Sequence record: DRR378314_462
DNA: 64,000 nucleotides
Strand: one strand, 5' to 3'
Shown here one piece after another: positions 40,067-50,332 of this stretch. The notes beneath the pieces were generated by a model, which saw only the letters and a program-made list of their open reading frames with translations, was not told the origin of the DNA and did not search any database. Both the position numbers and the translations under genes were made by a program. Numbering within the stretch: the first letter of the stretch is position 1; the number at the start of each line of letters is the position of its first letter.

Positions 40067-40973
40067 CCGAATTCAGCCAGCTAATCAGATCAGCCGTGAC
40101 CTCATCACGATTTGTCTCGTTAAACAGTTCATGCCGCGCGCCCTCATAAAACCGCTGGGTGACATTGGCAAAGCCATGTTTGTCATATTGCCTGAGCAGT
40201 CGCTTAACCCCTTTTGCCTGCTCCCCGACCGGATCTTCCGTACCGGAAAAAACATAAATGGGAAGATCCTTGTTCATTTGCGAAAGCGCTCCGTCTGACG
40301 CTATGCGGGTTAACGCATCCAAAAGTCCAATCCAGGTCGCAATGGAACAGTCAAATCCGCATAAAGGGTCGGCCACATATTTATCAACTTCTGCTTCATC
40401 CCGGCTCAGCCAGTCAAATTCTGTCCGATTGGGAGCGAAAGCCTTGTTAAATGCCTTGAAGGACATATTCGCCAATAAGGTGCTGTGCCCTTCTTTTCCA
40501 TTTCGAAGCTGTTCAATCCGGGACACGAGCTGCCCCAGCTTACCAAGGGTGCCGGGTGGGCCGTTGGTTGCCGAAAGCGCGGCCCCATCCAATTGGCCCG
40601 AATAGCGCGCCATAAAGTCCTGCGCCATGAAAGAGCCCATAGAGTGACCGAGCAGAATGATCTTTTTGCCCGGATGGGTTTGGCGAATATGATCATTGAT
40701 AAGCTTCAGATCATCCACGGCCAGACGCCAGCCATCCCGATCCGCCATGTGACCTGGATTTTTACCCGCCGGCACAGAGAGACCATGCCCCCGATGATCA
40801 TCGGCATATACTGCAAATCCATTTTCAGTCAGTGATTTCGCCAGGCGGTCATAACGCTTTGCATGCTCAGCCATGCCATGGACAATCTGAATGACGGCCT
40901 TCACGTCCCCCGCTGGCAACCATTCATAAAGATGCAAAGATAAGCCATCAGCGCCTGTCAATTTCAGTTCCAC
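40056..40973 (-). CDS. Alpha/beta hydrolase (lysophospholipase/monoacylglycerol lipase-like)
   Basis: HGMAEH, DHRGHG, GHSMGS, DPV, RHELFNE. Confidence 0.92.
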   Translation of the reverse strand: MELKLTGADGLSLHLYEWLPAGDVKAVIQIVHGMAEHAKRYDRLAKSLTENGFAVYADDHRGHGLSVPAGKNPGHMADRDGWRLAVDDLKLINDHIRQTHPGKKIILLGHSMGSFMAQDFMARYSGQLDGAALSATNGPPGTLGKLGQLVSRIEQLRNGKEGHSTLLANMSFKAFNKAFAPNRTEFDWLSRDEAEVDKYVADPLCGFDCSIATWIGLLDALTRIASDGALSQMNKDLPIYVFSGTEDPVGEQAKGVKRLLRQYDKHGFANVTQRFYEGARHELFNETNRDEVTADLISWLNSVIH

Positions 40974-41039
40974 CTGTCAGTCCTCCCGTTTTTTGCTATT
41001 TAGCCAGCAATTATGAAGCGGAACAAGTGCGAAGATCAT

Positions 41040-41068
41040 TTGACGCTGCGTCAATTGAGAATTAGCTT
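41040..41068 (+). promoter_or_regulatory. Putative sigma70 promoter overlapped by a perfect palindrome
   Basis: TTGACG-N17-TAGCTT; palindrome TTGACGC-T-GCGTCAA at 41040-41054. Confidence 0.6.
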
Positions 41069-41106
41069 GGTCTCAAACTGAATTCACTCACAACAAGAGG
41101 CGTCTC

Positions 41107-42510
41107 ATGAGCAGTCCAAGCTTGAAAGAAGGCAATTCCCTAGCTAGTCGCGATGTCAAAAGCCTGATCCACCCCTATACCAATCTGTCGACCCATCAGG
41201 AAACGGGCCCGCTGATCATTGAAAATGGAAAAGGGATCTATGTCTATGATGATAACGGCAAGGAATATATTGAAGGCCTTGCTGGTCTATGGTGCACATC
41301 GTTCGGTTTTGGAGAGAAAGAACTGATTGATGCTGCTTATAAACAGATGCAGAAGCTGCCCTACTATCATGCCTTCGCCAGTAAATCCACGGAGCCCGGC
41401 ATACAACTGGCCGAGAAATTGAAAGAGGTTGCGCCTGTCGAATTTTCCAAGGTTTTCTTTGTTAATTCAGGGTCCGAAGCCAACGATACAGTCGTCAAAA
41501 TTATCTGGTATTACAACAATTCCTGCGGGCGCCCGGAGAAGAAAAAGATCATCAGTCGCCAGAAAGCTTATCATGGCGTCACCGTTGCCGCGGCCAGCCT
41601 GACCGGCCTGCCACCGCTGCATAATGATTTTGACCTGCCCATTCAGAACATCCTGCATACGAGCTGTCCTCACTATTATCGCTTTGGCAAAGAGGGGGAA
41701 AGCGAAGAGGATTTTGCCACTCGCATGGCCGATGAGTTGGAAGAGCTGATCCTGAAAGAAGGGCCGGAAACGGTTGCAGCCTTTATTGCAGAACCGGTGA
41801 TGGGTGCCGGCGGTGTCATCGTTCCACCAAAGGGCTATTTTGAGAAAATCCAGGCGGTTCTTAAAAAATATGACGTTCTTCTGGTCGCTGATGAGGTGAT
41901 TTGCGGATTTGGCCGGACAGGAAATTATTGGGGCACCCAGACAATGGGGATGAAGCCGGATATTCTGAGCTGCGCAAAAGCCCTCTCCAGTGCTTATTTG
42001 CCGATTGCTGCGGTTATGATTTCAGAAGAAATCTTCCAGGGCATGGTCAAACAGAGTGAAAAACACGGAAGCTTTGCCCATGGCTATACCTATTCCGGGC
42101 ATCCGGTTCCGGCAGCCGTCGCCCTTCGAACCCTGGAGCTGATGGAAGAGCGGAATATAATGGATCATGTCCAGTCCATCATTCCGACATTTGAAAGTCG
42201 TTTCAAAGCCCTTGAAGCCCATCCACTGGTCGGCGAAGTGCGGGTTTGCGGTCTGGTTGGGGCTGCAGAACTGGTGGCCGACAAAGCCAGCAAACGATCT
42301 TTTGCTGCTGAACATGCCATAGGTCCCAAAGGCTACCTGATGATGCAGGAAGAAGGCCTGATCAGCCGGGCTGTCGCCGGTGATAATCTGGCTTTGTGTC
42401 CGCCGCTGATTATTACCGAAGCTGAAATCAATGAGATGTTTGATCGATATGAGCGGGCACTGGACCGGCTGGAAACGCTTGTCACCCAAGAAGGATGGCG
42501 CGCCGCTTAA
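41107..42510 (+). CDS. Class III PLP aminotransferase (omega-amino acid/polyamine:pyruvate type)
   Basis: AGLWCTS, NSGSEAND, AYHG, FIAEPVMGAGG, DEVICGFGRTG, AKALSSAYLP. Confidence 0.95.
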   Translation: MSSPSLKEGNSLASRDVKSLIHPYTNLSTHQETGPLIIENGKGIYVYDDNGKEYIEGLAGLWCTSFGFGEKELIDAAYKQMQKLPYYHAFASKSTEPGIQLAEKLKEVAPVEFSKVFFVNSGSEANDTVVKIIWYYNNSCGRPEKKKIISRQKAYHGVTVAAASLTGLPPLHNDFDLPIQNILHTSCPHYYRFGKEGESEEDFATRMADELEELILKEGPETVAAFIAEPVMGAGGVIVPPKGYFEKIQAVLKKYDVLLVADEVICGFGRTGNYWGTQTMGMKPDILSCAKALSSAYLPIAAVMISEEIFQGMVKQSEKHGSFAHGYTYSGHPVPAAVALRTLELMEERNIMDHVQSIIPTFESRFKALEAHPLVGEVRVCGLVGAAELVADKASKRSFAAEHAIGPKGYLMMQEEGLISRAVAGDNLALCPPLIITEAEINEMFDRYERALDRLETLVTQEGWRAA

Positions 42511-42540
42511 ACATCTGAAATCTGGCCGGGCAGCCAACGC

Positions 42541-43278
42541 TTAGACGTGCTGCCCGCCATTGATATGGACTTCTGCACCAGTCACATAGGCGGACGGTGC
42601 ATCGCAAAGGAAATAGATGGTTGAGGCAACTTCTTCTGGTTTTCCAAGCCGCCGAAGGGGAATATCTTCGATCATTTCTTCCGTTCCTGGCGACAGAATA
42701 GAGGTATCAATTTCGCCTGGCGCAATCGCATTGACCCGAACCCCATGAGGCCCGAAATCAGCAGCCATTTCACGGGTCAATGCCGCAAGTGCCGCCTTGG
42801 ACGTGCCATATGCTGACCCGGCAAAAGGATGAACCCGGCTGCCAGCGATTGAAGTGACGTTCACAATTGCCCCCTTCTCCTGCACCAGTTCCTTGAACAA
42901 TCCCTGAGCCAGCGTGAGCGGCGCAAACAGGTTGACATTATAGACATGCAGCCAGTCGTCATAGGAAGAGTTTAGCGTACTAAATCGATCCCCGTTCGGG
43001 CTCTTTGGTGAAATGCCGGCGTTATTAACCAGCGCGTTTAGCGGGGCGCCTGCCAATTTCTGGCGAATAGTTTCAATGCCCTTTTTCAGAGCACCCATAT
43101 CGGCCAGATCCAATTGGATATGATTTTCCTCGCCGCCATCCCAGGGGCAATATTCTGAAAACGCCTGACGTGAGATTGTCAGCACCCGCCAGCCAGCCGC
43201 ACTGAAGCGCTTGACAGTCGCATGGCCAATGCCGCGGCTCGCCCCGCTCAGTAAAAGTGTCTTTTGTGAATTCGACAT
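42541..43278 (-). CDS. fixR: SDR family oxidoreductase, FixR-like
   Basis: GASRGIGHAT, CPW, NNAGISPK, SIAGSRVHPFAGSAYGTSK, INGGQH, as recalled for Bradyrhizobium FixR. Confidence 0.85.
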   Translation of the reverse strand: MSNSQKTLLLSGASRGIGHATVKRFSAAGWRVLTISRQAFSEYCPWDGGEENHIQLDLADMGALKKGIETIRQKLAGAPLNALVNNAGISPKSPNGDRFSTLNSSYDDWLHVYNVNLFAPLTLAQGLFKELVQEKGAIVNVTSIAGSRVHPFAGSAYGTSKAALAALTREMAADFGPHGVRVNAIAPGEIDTSILSPGTEEMIEDIPLRRLGKPEEVASTIYFLCDAPSAYVTGAEVHINGGQHV

Positions 43279-43295
43279 TGCCGACCTACCCTGAC

Positions 43296-43310
43296 TTAAT
43301 TGTTTGTTAA
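43296..43310. promoter_or_regulatory. Putative CtrA box between the fixR-like SDR and the PilZ gene
   Basis: TTAA ttgtttg TTAA. Confidence 0.45.
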
Positions 43311-43429
43311 ACACTCTGTTAGAGAGTATGGCTATTGCTAGACTCTAGTATTTAGTCATTTGCAGGCCATCCTGCTACCGTAATTTGTCGTTTCACCATA
43401 TTAATTAAAACAAAAAATGGTCCTGAAAT

Positions 43430-43741
43430 ATGGATAATCGCAGAAAATACTATCGAAACAAAACAAAGAACGTGGTTATCCTGATAGACGGCGAAGCCTT
43501 TCTTGCCGTTGACTGGTCACCCGATGGCTTCAGCATTAACTACCCGAAAAAGCATCTAGACCCCAAAGCAGAAATCCGAGGGGAGATTGACATTTTTCAA
43601 GGGAACAGAAAAGGACAATTTACCGGGACGGTTATTCGCCATGGCGATGATGACATGTTAGCCGTTCAATTTACCGGTATCAGTTCCGAGTCGTTTCTTT
43701 TGCTCTGCACGTTGGTCAATAACGATGAGAATGAAGATTGA
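43430..43741 (+). CDS. Stand-alone PilZ domain protein
   Basis: RRKYYR (RxxxR), DWSPDG (DxSxxG), AVQF. Confidence 0.85.
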   Translation: MDNRRKYYRNKTKNVVILIDGEAFLAVDWSPDGFSINYPKKHLDPKAEIRGEIDIFQGNRKGQFTGTVIRHGDDDMLAVQFTGISSESFLLLCTLVNNDENED

Positions 43742-43837
43742 GACCTTAAAGTCATCATAAAATCAATTTTTTACCAACCTTTATTTAAGCTTTTTCTTAA
43801 CAATAAAAAACGATAAAACGATTAGAGTTATCCTACA

Positions 43838-46800
43838 TCAAGCCTCCATATTCCGATGTTCATCCTCCATCCGGCTAAGCTTATCGGTGATATATCCTCT
43901 GGGCTTACTAAAACGCGCAAGCAACAGATAAAATACCGGGACAACCCCAAGAGACAGAACAGTGGAAAAAACCACACCGCCCACGATGACCACGCCAATC
44001 GCTTGACGGCTTTCTGCCCCTGCGCCGGTTGCCAGTGCCAGTGGGACAGCTCCCAAGGCCGTTGAAATAGTTGTCATCAAAATGGGACGAAGGCGAATGA
44101 CAGACGCCTCGACCACCGCTTTCACCACATCCAGACCTTCCTCGCGAAGCTGATTGGCAAATTCAACAATCAAAATTGCGTTTTTGGCAGTCAAACCGAT
44201 GAGCATAATTACCCCGATCTGACTATAGACGTTCAGCGTAAAACCATAAAAGAAAATGGTCCCGAGCGCACCAGTGATCGCCAGCGGAACCGACGTCATG
44301 ATGATTAACGGATGAATAAAGCTTTCAAATTGCGCTGCCAGTGCCAGAAATACGATCAGCAGCGCGGTTACAAAAGTGAAGATCATCGCTGAATTAGACT
44401 CTTTAAAGGTTCGGCTTAATCCCCCATAGGAGATCCTGGCTTCATCGCTTGCCTCCTGCAAAACCAGGCCTTCCAGATACTCAATGGCTTCATTCAAAGT
44501 GTATCCATCAGCCAATGACGCTTCGATACGCACTGCCCGCAACCGGTCAGTTCGCTTCAAGACCCCTGCACCTGCCTCCTCACTTAAAGAAATGAAGTTG
44601 CTCAGCGGGATAATTTCGCCGGAGGTGGCCGAGCGGACATAAACCCTGTTCAAATCATGCTGGGTTGTTCGATCCTGATCCCGCGCCCGCATGATCACAT
44701 CATATTGTTTACCGCCCTGCTCATAAGTGGCGACGGATCGCTGCCCCATCAAAGCTTCAAGTGTCTGGCCCACATTCTGGATGGAAACACCCAGAACAGA
44801 GGCTCGATCCCGGTCGATTTGAACACGGATCTGCGGCTGGGTTTCCTGATAATCCTTTTCAATATTCAACAGACGGGGATTTTCCTCCTCAGCCCGCTCG
44901 ATAACCCGATCCACCCATTCATTGATTTCGGCATAAGATGGACCGCCGACAATCACCTGAACAGGGGCGCTAAAACCGCCCTGACCCAAGCTTTTAGGGT
45001 TGATTGCAATCGCCGTAACACCCGGAACCGCCAACAGGCGCGGAAAAATGGAGGAAACGATCTGCTGCTGGGAGCGGTCCCGCTCCTCCCATGATTTCAG
45101 GCGAGAGAACATGAAAGCCGAATTGACCGCACCGGCGCCTGAGCGGCTGCCAACAGAGGCAAAAACCGACTCTGCCTCCCCATTCTCAACAAGCGGCATG
45201 AGAATTTTTTCAATCTGCTGGACGTTGCGCTCCATATATTCAAAGCTTGCCCCTTCGGAGGCTTTAACCGGCATAAAGAAAAATCCCCGATCCTCAGTCG
45301 GTGCAAATTCCTTGGGCAACTGCTGATAAAAAACATAGGCTAGCGCCGAAATTCCAACGGCCAGTCCCACCACTAGTATGGGAAAACGGATCGCAAAAAC
45401 CAGTCCCGCACGATAGCCGCCTGCAAGTCCATCAAACAGAAATTCTGTCGTCCGATAAAAACGGCTTTCCTTATCCTGGGCGACCAGCAGTTTGGAGCAC
45501 AACATAGGGGTCAGCGTCAGGGCCACAAAACTGGAGAACATAACCGCAGCGGCAACCGCCACCCCAAATTCACGAAACAACCGACCGGTGGCCCCTTCCA
45601 AAAAGGAGATCGGCAGAAAAACCGCAATGAGCACAATGGTTGTGGCAATGACGGCAAAGGCAACCTGCTTCGCGCCCCGATTGGCGGCAAGCAATGGCGG
45701 CTCCCCAAGCTCAATGCGCCTGTGGATATTTTCCAGAACCACAATGGCGTCATCGACCACAAGGCCAATGGCCAAAACCAGGGCCAGCAAGGTGAGAACA
45801 TTGACCGAATACCCCAGTGCAGCCAATATGGTCAACGTGGCGATGATGGATACCGGAATGGCCAGCGCCGGAATGAGCGTTGCTGAAATGGACCGCAAAA
45901 ATAAGAAAATCACAATCACCACAAGCAGCATGGCGATCCCCAAGGCAATAAACACTTCCTTGATGGACTGACTGATGAAAATCGATTGGTCGTAGGAGAC
46001 TTTCAGGACAACGCCAGGCGGCACCACCTGTTTCAACCGCTCTGTAATTTCCTTCACATCATCGGCCACCTGCAGCACATTGGCTCCGGATTGGCGAATA
46101 ACCCCAAGACCAATAGAATTTCGACCATTGACCCGCAAAGCTGTTCGGTCATTTTCAGGTCCGACCTCAACCCGGGCCACATCACCGAGCCGGATCAACC
46201 CCCGGTCATCATGGCGCAGGATGATACTGCGAAATTCTTCTGGCGTGGAGAGGTCGGATTTGGTGCGAATGCTAAACTCCCTGTTCAAGCTTTCTATCCG
46301 GCCAGAAGGCAATTGCACATTTTGTGCGCGGATCGCTGTTTCCAAATCCTGAACGGTTAAAGAGCGGGCAGCCATAGCCTCCGTATCGACCCAAACCCGC
46401 ATGGAATAGCGCCGCTCTCCCCCGATCCGAATCCGGGAAACCCCATCCACCGTTGACAAGGGGTCGACAAGATTTCGTTCTGCATAATCGGTCAGTTCCA
46501 TTTGGTTCATCCGCTCGCTAGAGAGGTTGAGCCAGAGGATCGGTCGGGCGTCACTTTCTGATTTCGAAATTTGTGGGGTTTCTGCTTCATCCGGCAACCG
46601 TCCAATGATCCGGGACACCCGATCCCGCACATCATTCGTTGCGGATTCCAAATCACGCTCCAGACTGAATTCGATATTAATGGAGGAGGCTTCTTCGCGG
46701 CTGGAGGAATTGATCCGCTCCACCCCACTGATCCCGGCGATAGATTCTTCAATGACTTGAGTGACCTGACTTTCGACAATTTCTGCCGATGCTCCCAAAT

Positions 46801-46951
46801 AAATCGTAGAAATAGAGACATTAGTTTTATCGATATCCGGATATTCACGAACGCTGAGGTTCTGGAAAGAAAAAATCCCGAAAATCATTAAAACCAATGA
46901 GAAAACCGTTGCCAGAACCGGCCGACGGATCGATACCTCTGAAAGGGTCAT
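43838..46951 (-). CDS. RND efflux permease (AcrB/MdtB-C family)
   Basis: VSIRRPV, VREYPDID, AIGLVVDDAIVVLENI, KNAILIVEFA, RLRPILMT. Confidence 0.95.
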   Translation of the reverse strand: MTLSEVSIRRPVLATVFSLVLMIFGIFSFQNLSVREYPDIDKTNVSISTIYLGASAEIVESQVTQVIEESIAGISGVERINSSSREEASSINIEFSLERDLESATNDVRDRVSRIIGRLPDEAETPQISKSESDARPILWLNLSSERMNQMELTDYAERNLVDPLSTVDGVSRIRIGGERRYSMRVWVDTEAMAARSLTVQDLETAIRAQNVQLPSGRIESLNREFSIRTKSDLSTPEEFRSIILRHDDRGLIRLGDVARVEVGPENDRTALRVNGRNSIGLGVIRQSGANVLQVADDVKEITERLKQVVPPGVVLKVSYDQSIFISQSIKEVFIALGIAMLLVVIVIFLFLRSISATLIPALAIPVSIIATLTILAALGYSVNVLTLLALVLAIGLVVDDAIVVLENIHRRIELGEPPLLAANRGAKQVAFAVIATTIVLIAVFLPISFLEGATGRLFREFGVAVAAAVMFSSFVALTLTPMLCSKLLVAQDKESRFYRTTEFLFDGLAGGYRAGLVFAIRFPILVVGLAVGISALAYVFYQQLPKEFAPTEDRGFFFMPVKASEGASFEYMERNVQQIEKILMPLVENGEAESVFASVGSRSGAGAVNSAFMFSRLKSWEERDRSQQQIVSSIFPRLLAVPGVTAIAINPKSLGQGGFSAPVQVIVGGPSYAEINEWVDRVIERAEEENPRLLNIEKDYQETQPQIRVQIDRDRASVLGVSIQNVGQTLEALMGQRSVATYEQGGKQYDVIMRARDQDRTTQHDLNRVYVRSATSGEIIPLSNFISLSEEAGAGVLKRTDRLRAVRIEASLADGYTLNEAIEYLEGLVLQEASDEARISYGGLSRTFKESNSAMIFTFVTALLIVFLALAAQFESFIHPLIIMTSVPLAITGALGTIFFYGFTLNVYSQIGVIMLIGLTAKNAILIVEFANQLREEGLDVVKAVVEASVIRLRPILMTTISTALGAVPLALATGAGAESRQAIGVVIVGGVVFSTVLSLGVVPVFYLLLARFSKPRGYITDKLSRMEDEHRNMEA

Positions 46952-48063
46952 TGCACCACCTGCCCAGAGGGTATGCGCGCCTCATCAGCTCCGTCTTTCA
47001 AGGTTACCTTCACCGGCCTGCCATCGCGCAATTTCTGCAACCCTTCGATGACAACGATAGCCGTTGGGTTAATACCATCGAGCACTTGCGCCCATCCCCG
47101 GGTCCGCTGACCAATGGTGACGTCCCGGCGGATGGCCACATTATCCTCGATGACGTATAGATAATGACCGGAGGCTGTTAGAACGACAGATTCTTCAGGC
47201 ACCATTAGAGCGCCGGGCAGAACACCAGTTTCCAGCGTAACAGAAAGAAACATTCCCGGCTTTAAGGTCCCGGTTTTATTTTCAAGAACCCCCCGAACCC
47301 GAACCACCCGGGTAACCGGATCAACTCGCGGCGAAATCGTCGAAACAAATCCAGAGAAAATCTGGCTAGGAAAAGCAGCAGCACTCGCCCGAAACGCCTG
47401 TCCCGCCTGCAAATTCGCCAACTCCACTTCTGGAACATTAAAATCGAGCTTTAATCGGGCAAGATCATCAAGCGTTGTAATTTCATCTGCCGGACGAACC
47501 AAAGCCCCGATGCTGATATCCTTGAACCCGACAGTCCCAGAGAAGGGCGCGCGAATAATGTAATCACCTAAACGAGCTTTATCGGCGTTGACTTTGGCTT
47601 CAGCCACCTGCATTTCAGACAGTAGCAAATCCACCTGTGCCTTTGGCGTATTCCCGGTTTTAAACAGCTTTACCGCGCGGTTATAAAGTTTAACGCTATT
47701 ATCAAATTCAGCGGTACTTTCAGCTAGCGCAGCGCGGGCCTCGGTATCATCCAAATAGACAAGCGGTGTTCCGGCCTTAACGGTCTGCCCATCTTCAAAC
47801 TGCAATTTAGAAACAATCGCCGTTACTTTGGATGTGATCGTCACAGAATTATTCGCCTGCAACGTGCCTACAGCGGTAATTTCTGTTGCCAAATCCGTTT
47901 TTCGAACGGGCCGGGCGACGATCGAAACGGCACGGGCAGATCGCTTAAAGCTTTGCGCAGTTTCTTTCTCCTGAAAAAAAAGGATATATTCCGGGTGTTG
48001 CCACGCCGCATACCCGATCCCTGCCAATAGGACGACAATAAGGAGCTGAACAAGGGACTTCAT
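46948..48063 (-). CDS. RND periplasmic adaptor (membrane fusion protein)
   Basis: N-terminal TM, GQTVKAG, IRAPFSG, PRVDPVTR, LKPGMF. Confidence 0.93.
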   Translation of the reverse strand: MKSLVQLLIVVLLAGIGYAAWQHPEYILFFQEKETAQSFKRSARAVSIVARPVRKTDLATEITAVGTLQANNSVTITSKVTAIVSKLQFEDGQTVKAGTPLVYLDDTEARAALAESTAEFDNSVKLYNRAVKLFKTGNTPKAQVDLLLSEMQVAEAKVNADKARLGDYIIRAPFSGTVGFKDISIGALVRPADEITTLDDLARLKLDFNVPEVELANLQAGQAFRASAAAFPSQIFSGFVSTISPRVDPVTRVVRVRGVLENKTGTLKPGMFLSVTLETGVLPGALMVPEESVVLTASGHYLYVIEDNVAIRRDVTIGQRTRGWAQVLDGINPTAIVVIEGLQKLRDGRPVKVTLKDGADEARIPSGQVVQ

Positions 48064-48180
48064 TACCGGCTTTCACTAAACTATTGTTGATCTTATCGGA
48101 AAGGGTTCAGTTTGAAATCAAACTGAAAATCTGACACATAAGTTTACCACAAGAACAACCTACAGCAACAGGGCTTAGAA

Positions 48181-49110
48181 ATGACAACGCACCTTTTCAC
48201 CCATCGGGATTGTCTGTTCCATGACACAGGGTATGACCATGCAGAGCGACCGGATCGCCTGAGAATGGTTTTACAGTTCCTCGAAGAAGACAATTTCAGC
48301 GCCCTGATCCGCCATGATGCCAGTTACGGCGACGAAGAACTGCTATATCCCGCCCATACAAAAGCCCATGTGGAGCATATCAAAAAATCCCGCCCGAAAT
48401 CCGGCATTATCCAGCTGGACCCCGATACGTTCATGTCACCGGGAAGCTATGATGCTGCCATGCGAGGGGTTGGCGCGAGCCGTGACGCCGTTGATTTGGT
48501 GATGACGGAGCCCAAGACAAATGCCTTTTGCGCCATCCGCCCGCCCGGACACCATGCCGAAGCGGACAAAGCGATGGGGTTTTGCCTGTTTAACAATGCA
48601 GCAATCGCCGCCTACTATGCCCGGCAGAAATATGGGCTAAAGCGAATTGCTGTTATCGATTTTGACGTTCACCATGGCAATGGAACCCAACATATTTTTG
48701 AAAAGGACGCTGATCTTTTTTACGGCTCCACCCATCAGGCGCCGCCCTTTTACCCCGGAACGGGCTATGCGACCGAGGTCGGTGAGGGAAATATCATTAA
48801 TGTTCCAATGGCTGAGGGATCAGGCAGCCAAGCCTTTCAAAAGGCCTATGAAGAGACCGTTCTGCCGGCGCTAAAGGACTTCAATCCGGAGCTGTTAATT
48901 ATTTCAGCCGGGTTCGATGCTCATCATCTGGACCCGCTTGCCAATATAAACCTGGAAGCGGAAGATTACACTTGGGTTACGCAAAAGCTTCTGGAAATTG
49001 CTGAAAAATGCTGCCAAGGAAGGGTGGTTTCCCTGATGGAAGGCGGTTATGATCTGACCGGGTTATCTGAAAGTGCCTGCGCCCATGTCAAAGCGTTGCT
49101 TGATGCGTAA
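48181..49110 (+). CDS. Histone deacetylase family protein
   Basis: RPPGHHA, GFCLFNN, DFDVHHGNGTQ, SAGFDAH, EGGY. Confidence 0.95.
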   Translation: MTTHLFTHRDCLFHDTGYDHAERPDRLRMVLQFLEEDNFSALIRHDASYGDEELLYPAHTKAHVEHIKKSRPKSGIIQLDPDTFMSPGSYDAAMRGVGASRDAVDLVMTEPKTNAFCAIRPPGHHAEADKAMGFCLFNNAAIAAYYARQKYGLKRIAVIDFDVHHGNGTQHIFEKDADLFYGSTHQAPPFYPGTGYATEVGEGNIINVPMAEGSGSQAFQKAYEETVLPALKDFNPELLIISAGFDAHHLDPLANINLEAEDYTWVTQKLLEIAEKCCQGRVVSLMEGGYDLTGLSESACAHVKALLDA

Positions 49111-49141
49111 AGGCAGAGTATAAGACCCCAAAGGAGAAACC

Positions 49142-49396
49142 ATGTCTGAGCAAGCAGCTACAATACCCGCAGATATCCAGGACCTGAGCTTTGAAGATGC
49201 GCTGAAGGAACTGGAGCAGATTGTCGAAAAACTGGATTCCGGTCAGGTCAATCTGGATCAGTCCATTGAAATCTATACGCGGGGCTCTCAGTTAAAGCAG
49301 CATTGCGAGAAGAAATTGAAATCTGCGCAGGACAGGGTCGAGAAAATTGTCTCCCAGAATGGAACGCTGGCGGCAGAGCCGACCCAGATTGATTGA
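49142..49396 (+). CDS. xseB: Exodeoxyribonuclease VII small subunit
   Basis: [30 protein letters not shown]; xseB-ispA-dxs synteny. Confidence 0.95.
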   Translation: MSEQAATIPADIQDLSFEDALKELEQIVEKLDSGQVNLDQSIEIYTRGSQLKQHCEKKLKSAQDRVEKIVSQNGTLAAEPTQID

Positions 49397-50322
49397 CTTA
49401 TCAGATTATCTCTGATCATTTGGAAATGGACATGGAAGATAACTTCTCAGCGGCACTCCGCCAGACGGCCAGCCTGATCGACAAGGAACTGGATACCCTG
49501 ATGCCGGCCAGCAACGGTTTGGAAAAACCCTTGCATGACGCCATGCGCTATGCGGTTTTGTCGGGCGGTAAAAAGCTGCGGGCTTTTCTGGTTATACAGG
49601 CTGCCGATCTTTTCAATGTTTCCAGAGACTATTCCGTTCGGGTAGCAGCAGCAATTGAACTGATGCATACCTATTCCCTGATCCACGATGATCTGCCTTG
49701 CATGGATGATGATGATCTTCGGCGCGGCAAACCCACCGTCCATAAGCAGTTTGACGAGACGATCGCTGTGCTTGCCGGGGATGCATTACAGGCCTTGGCC
49801 TTTGAGATCATTGCCAATCCGGCGACCCACCCTTCGGGCAGTGTTCGGGCTGCGCTGACCTTTCGGCTGGCGCAGGCGGCGGGTGCCCAGGGCATGGTGG
49901 GCGGACAGACCATGGATATCTACACAGCCACCGATGACATCTCAATGCCTGTGATTACTCGGTTACAGCAATTAAAAACCGGTGCCCTTATTGCCTTTGC
50001 CTGCGAAGCTGGCGCAATACTTGGCCACGCCGCGCCCAATCAGGTTACTGCCCTGAAAGCCTATGCCCATGATCTGGGACTGGCTTTTCAGATCACAGAC
50101 GACATATTGGATGTTGAGGGTGAGACGGACGAATTGGGCAAGGCGACCCGCAAAGACGTGGATGCCGGAAAAGCCACGTTTGTGTCTCTCTTGGGACTTG
50201 AGAAAGCCAAAGTCCACGCAAATATGCTGGCAACGCAGGCGGCAGGCCACCTGACAATGTTCAGGGATAACGCAGAACTGCTGCGTGCTGCCGCCAGGTT
50301 CACGGTAGAAAGACGAAAGTAA
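49393..50322 (+). CDS. ispA: Farnesyl diphosphate synthase (start may be ATG 49426/49432)
   Basis: [41 protein letters not shown]. Confidence 0.95.
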   Translation: MTYQIISDHLEMDMEDNFSAALRQTASLIDKELDTLMPASNGLEKPLHDAMRYAVLSGGKKLRAFLVIQAADLFNVSRDYSVRVAAAIELMHTYSLIHDDLPCMDDDDLRRGKPTVHKQFDETIAVLAGDALQALAFEIIANPATHPSGSVRAALTFRLAQAAGAQGMVGGQTMDIYTATDDISMPVITRLQQLKTGALIAFACEAGAILGHAAPNQVTALKAYAHDLGLAFQITDDILDVEGETDELGKATRKDVDAGKATFVSLLGLEKAKVHANMLATQAAGHLTMFRDNAELLRAAARFTVERRK

Positions 50323-50332
50323 CGACGGCCCT

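Noticed and set aside
43785-43800. Possible CtrA box downstream of the PilZ gene
   Set aside because: The spacer is 8 nt and it lies between convergent 3' ends.
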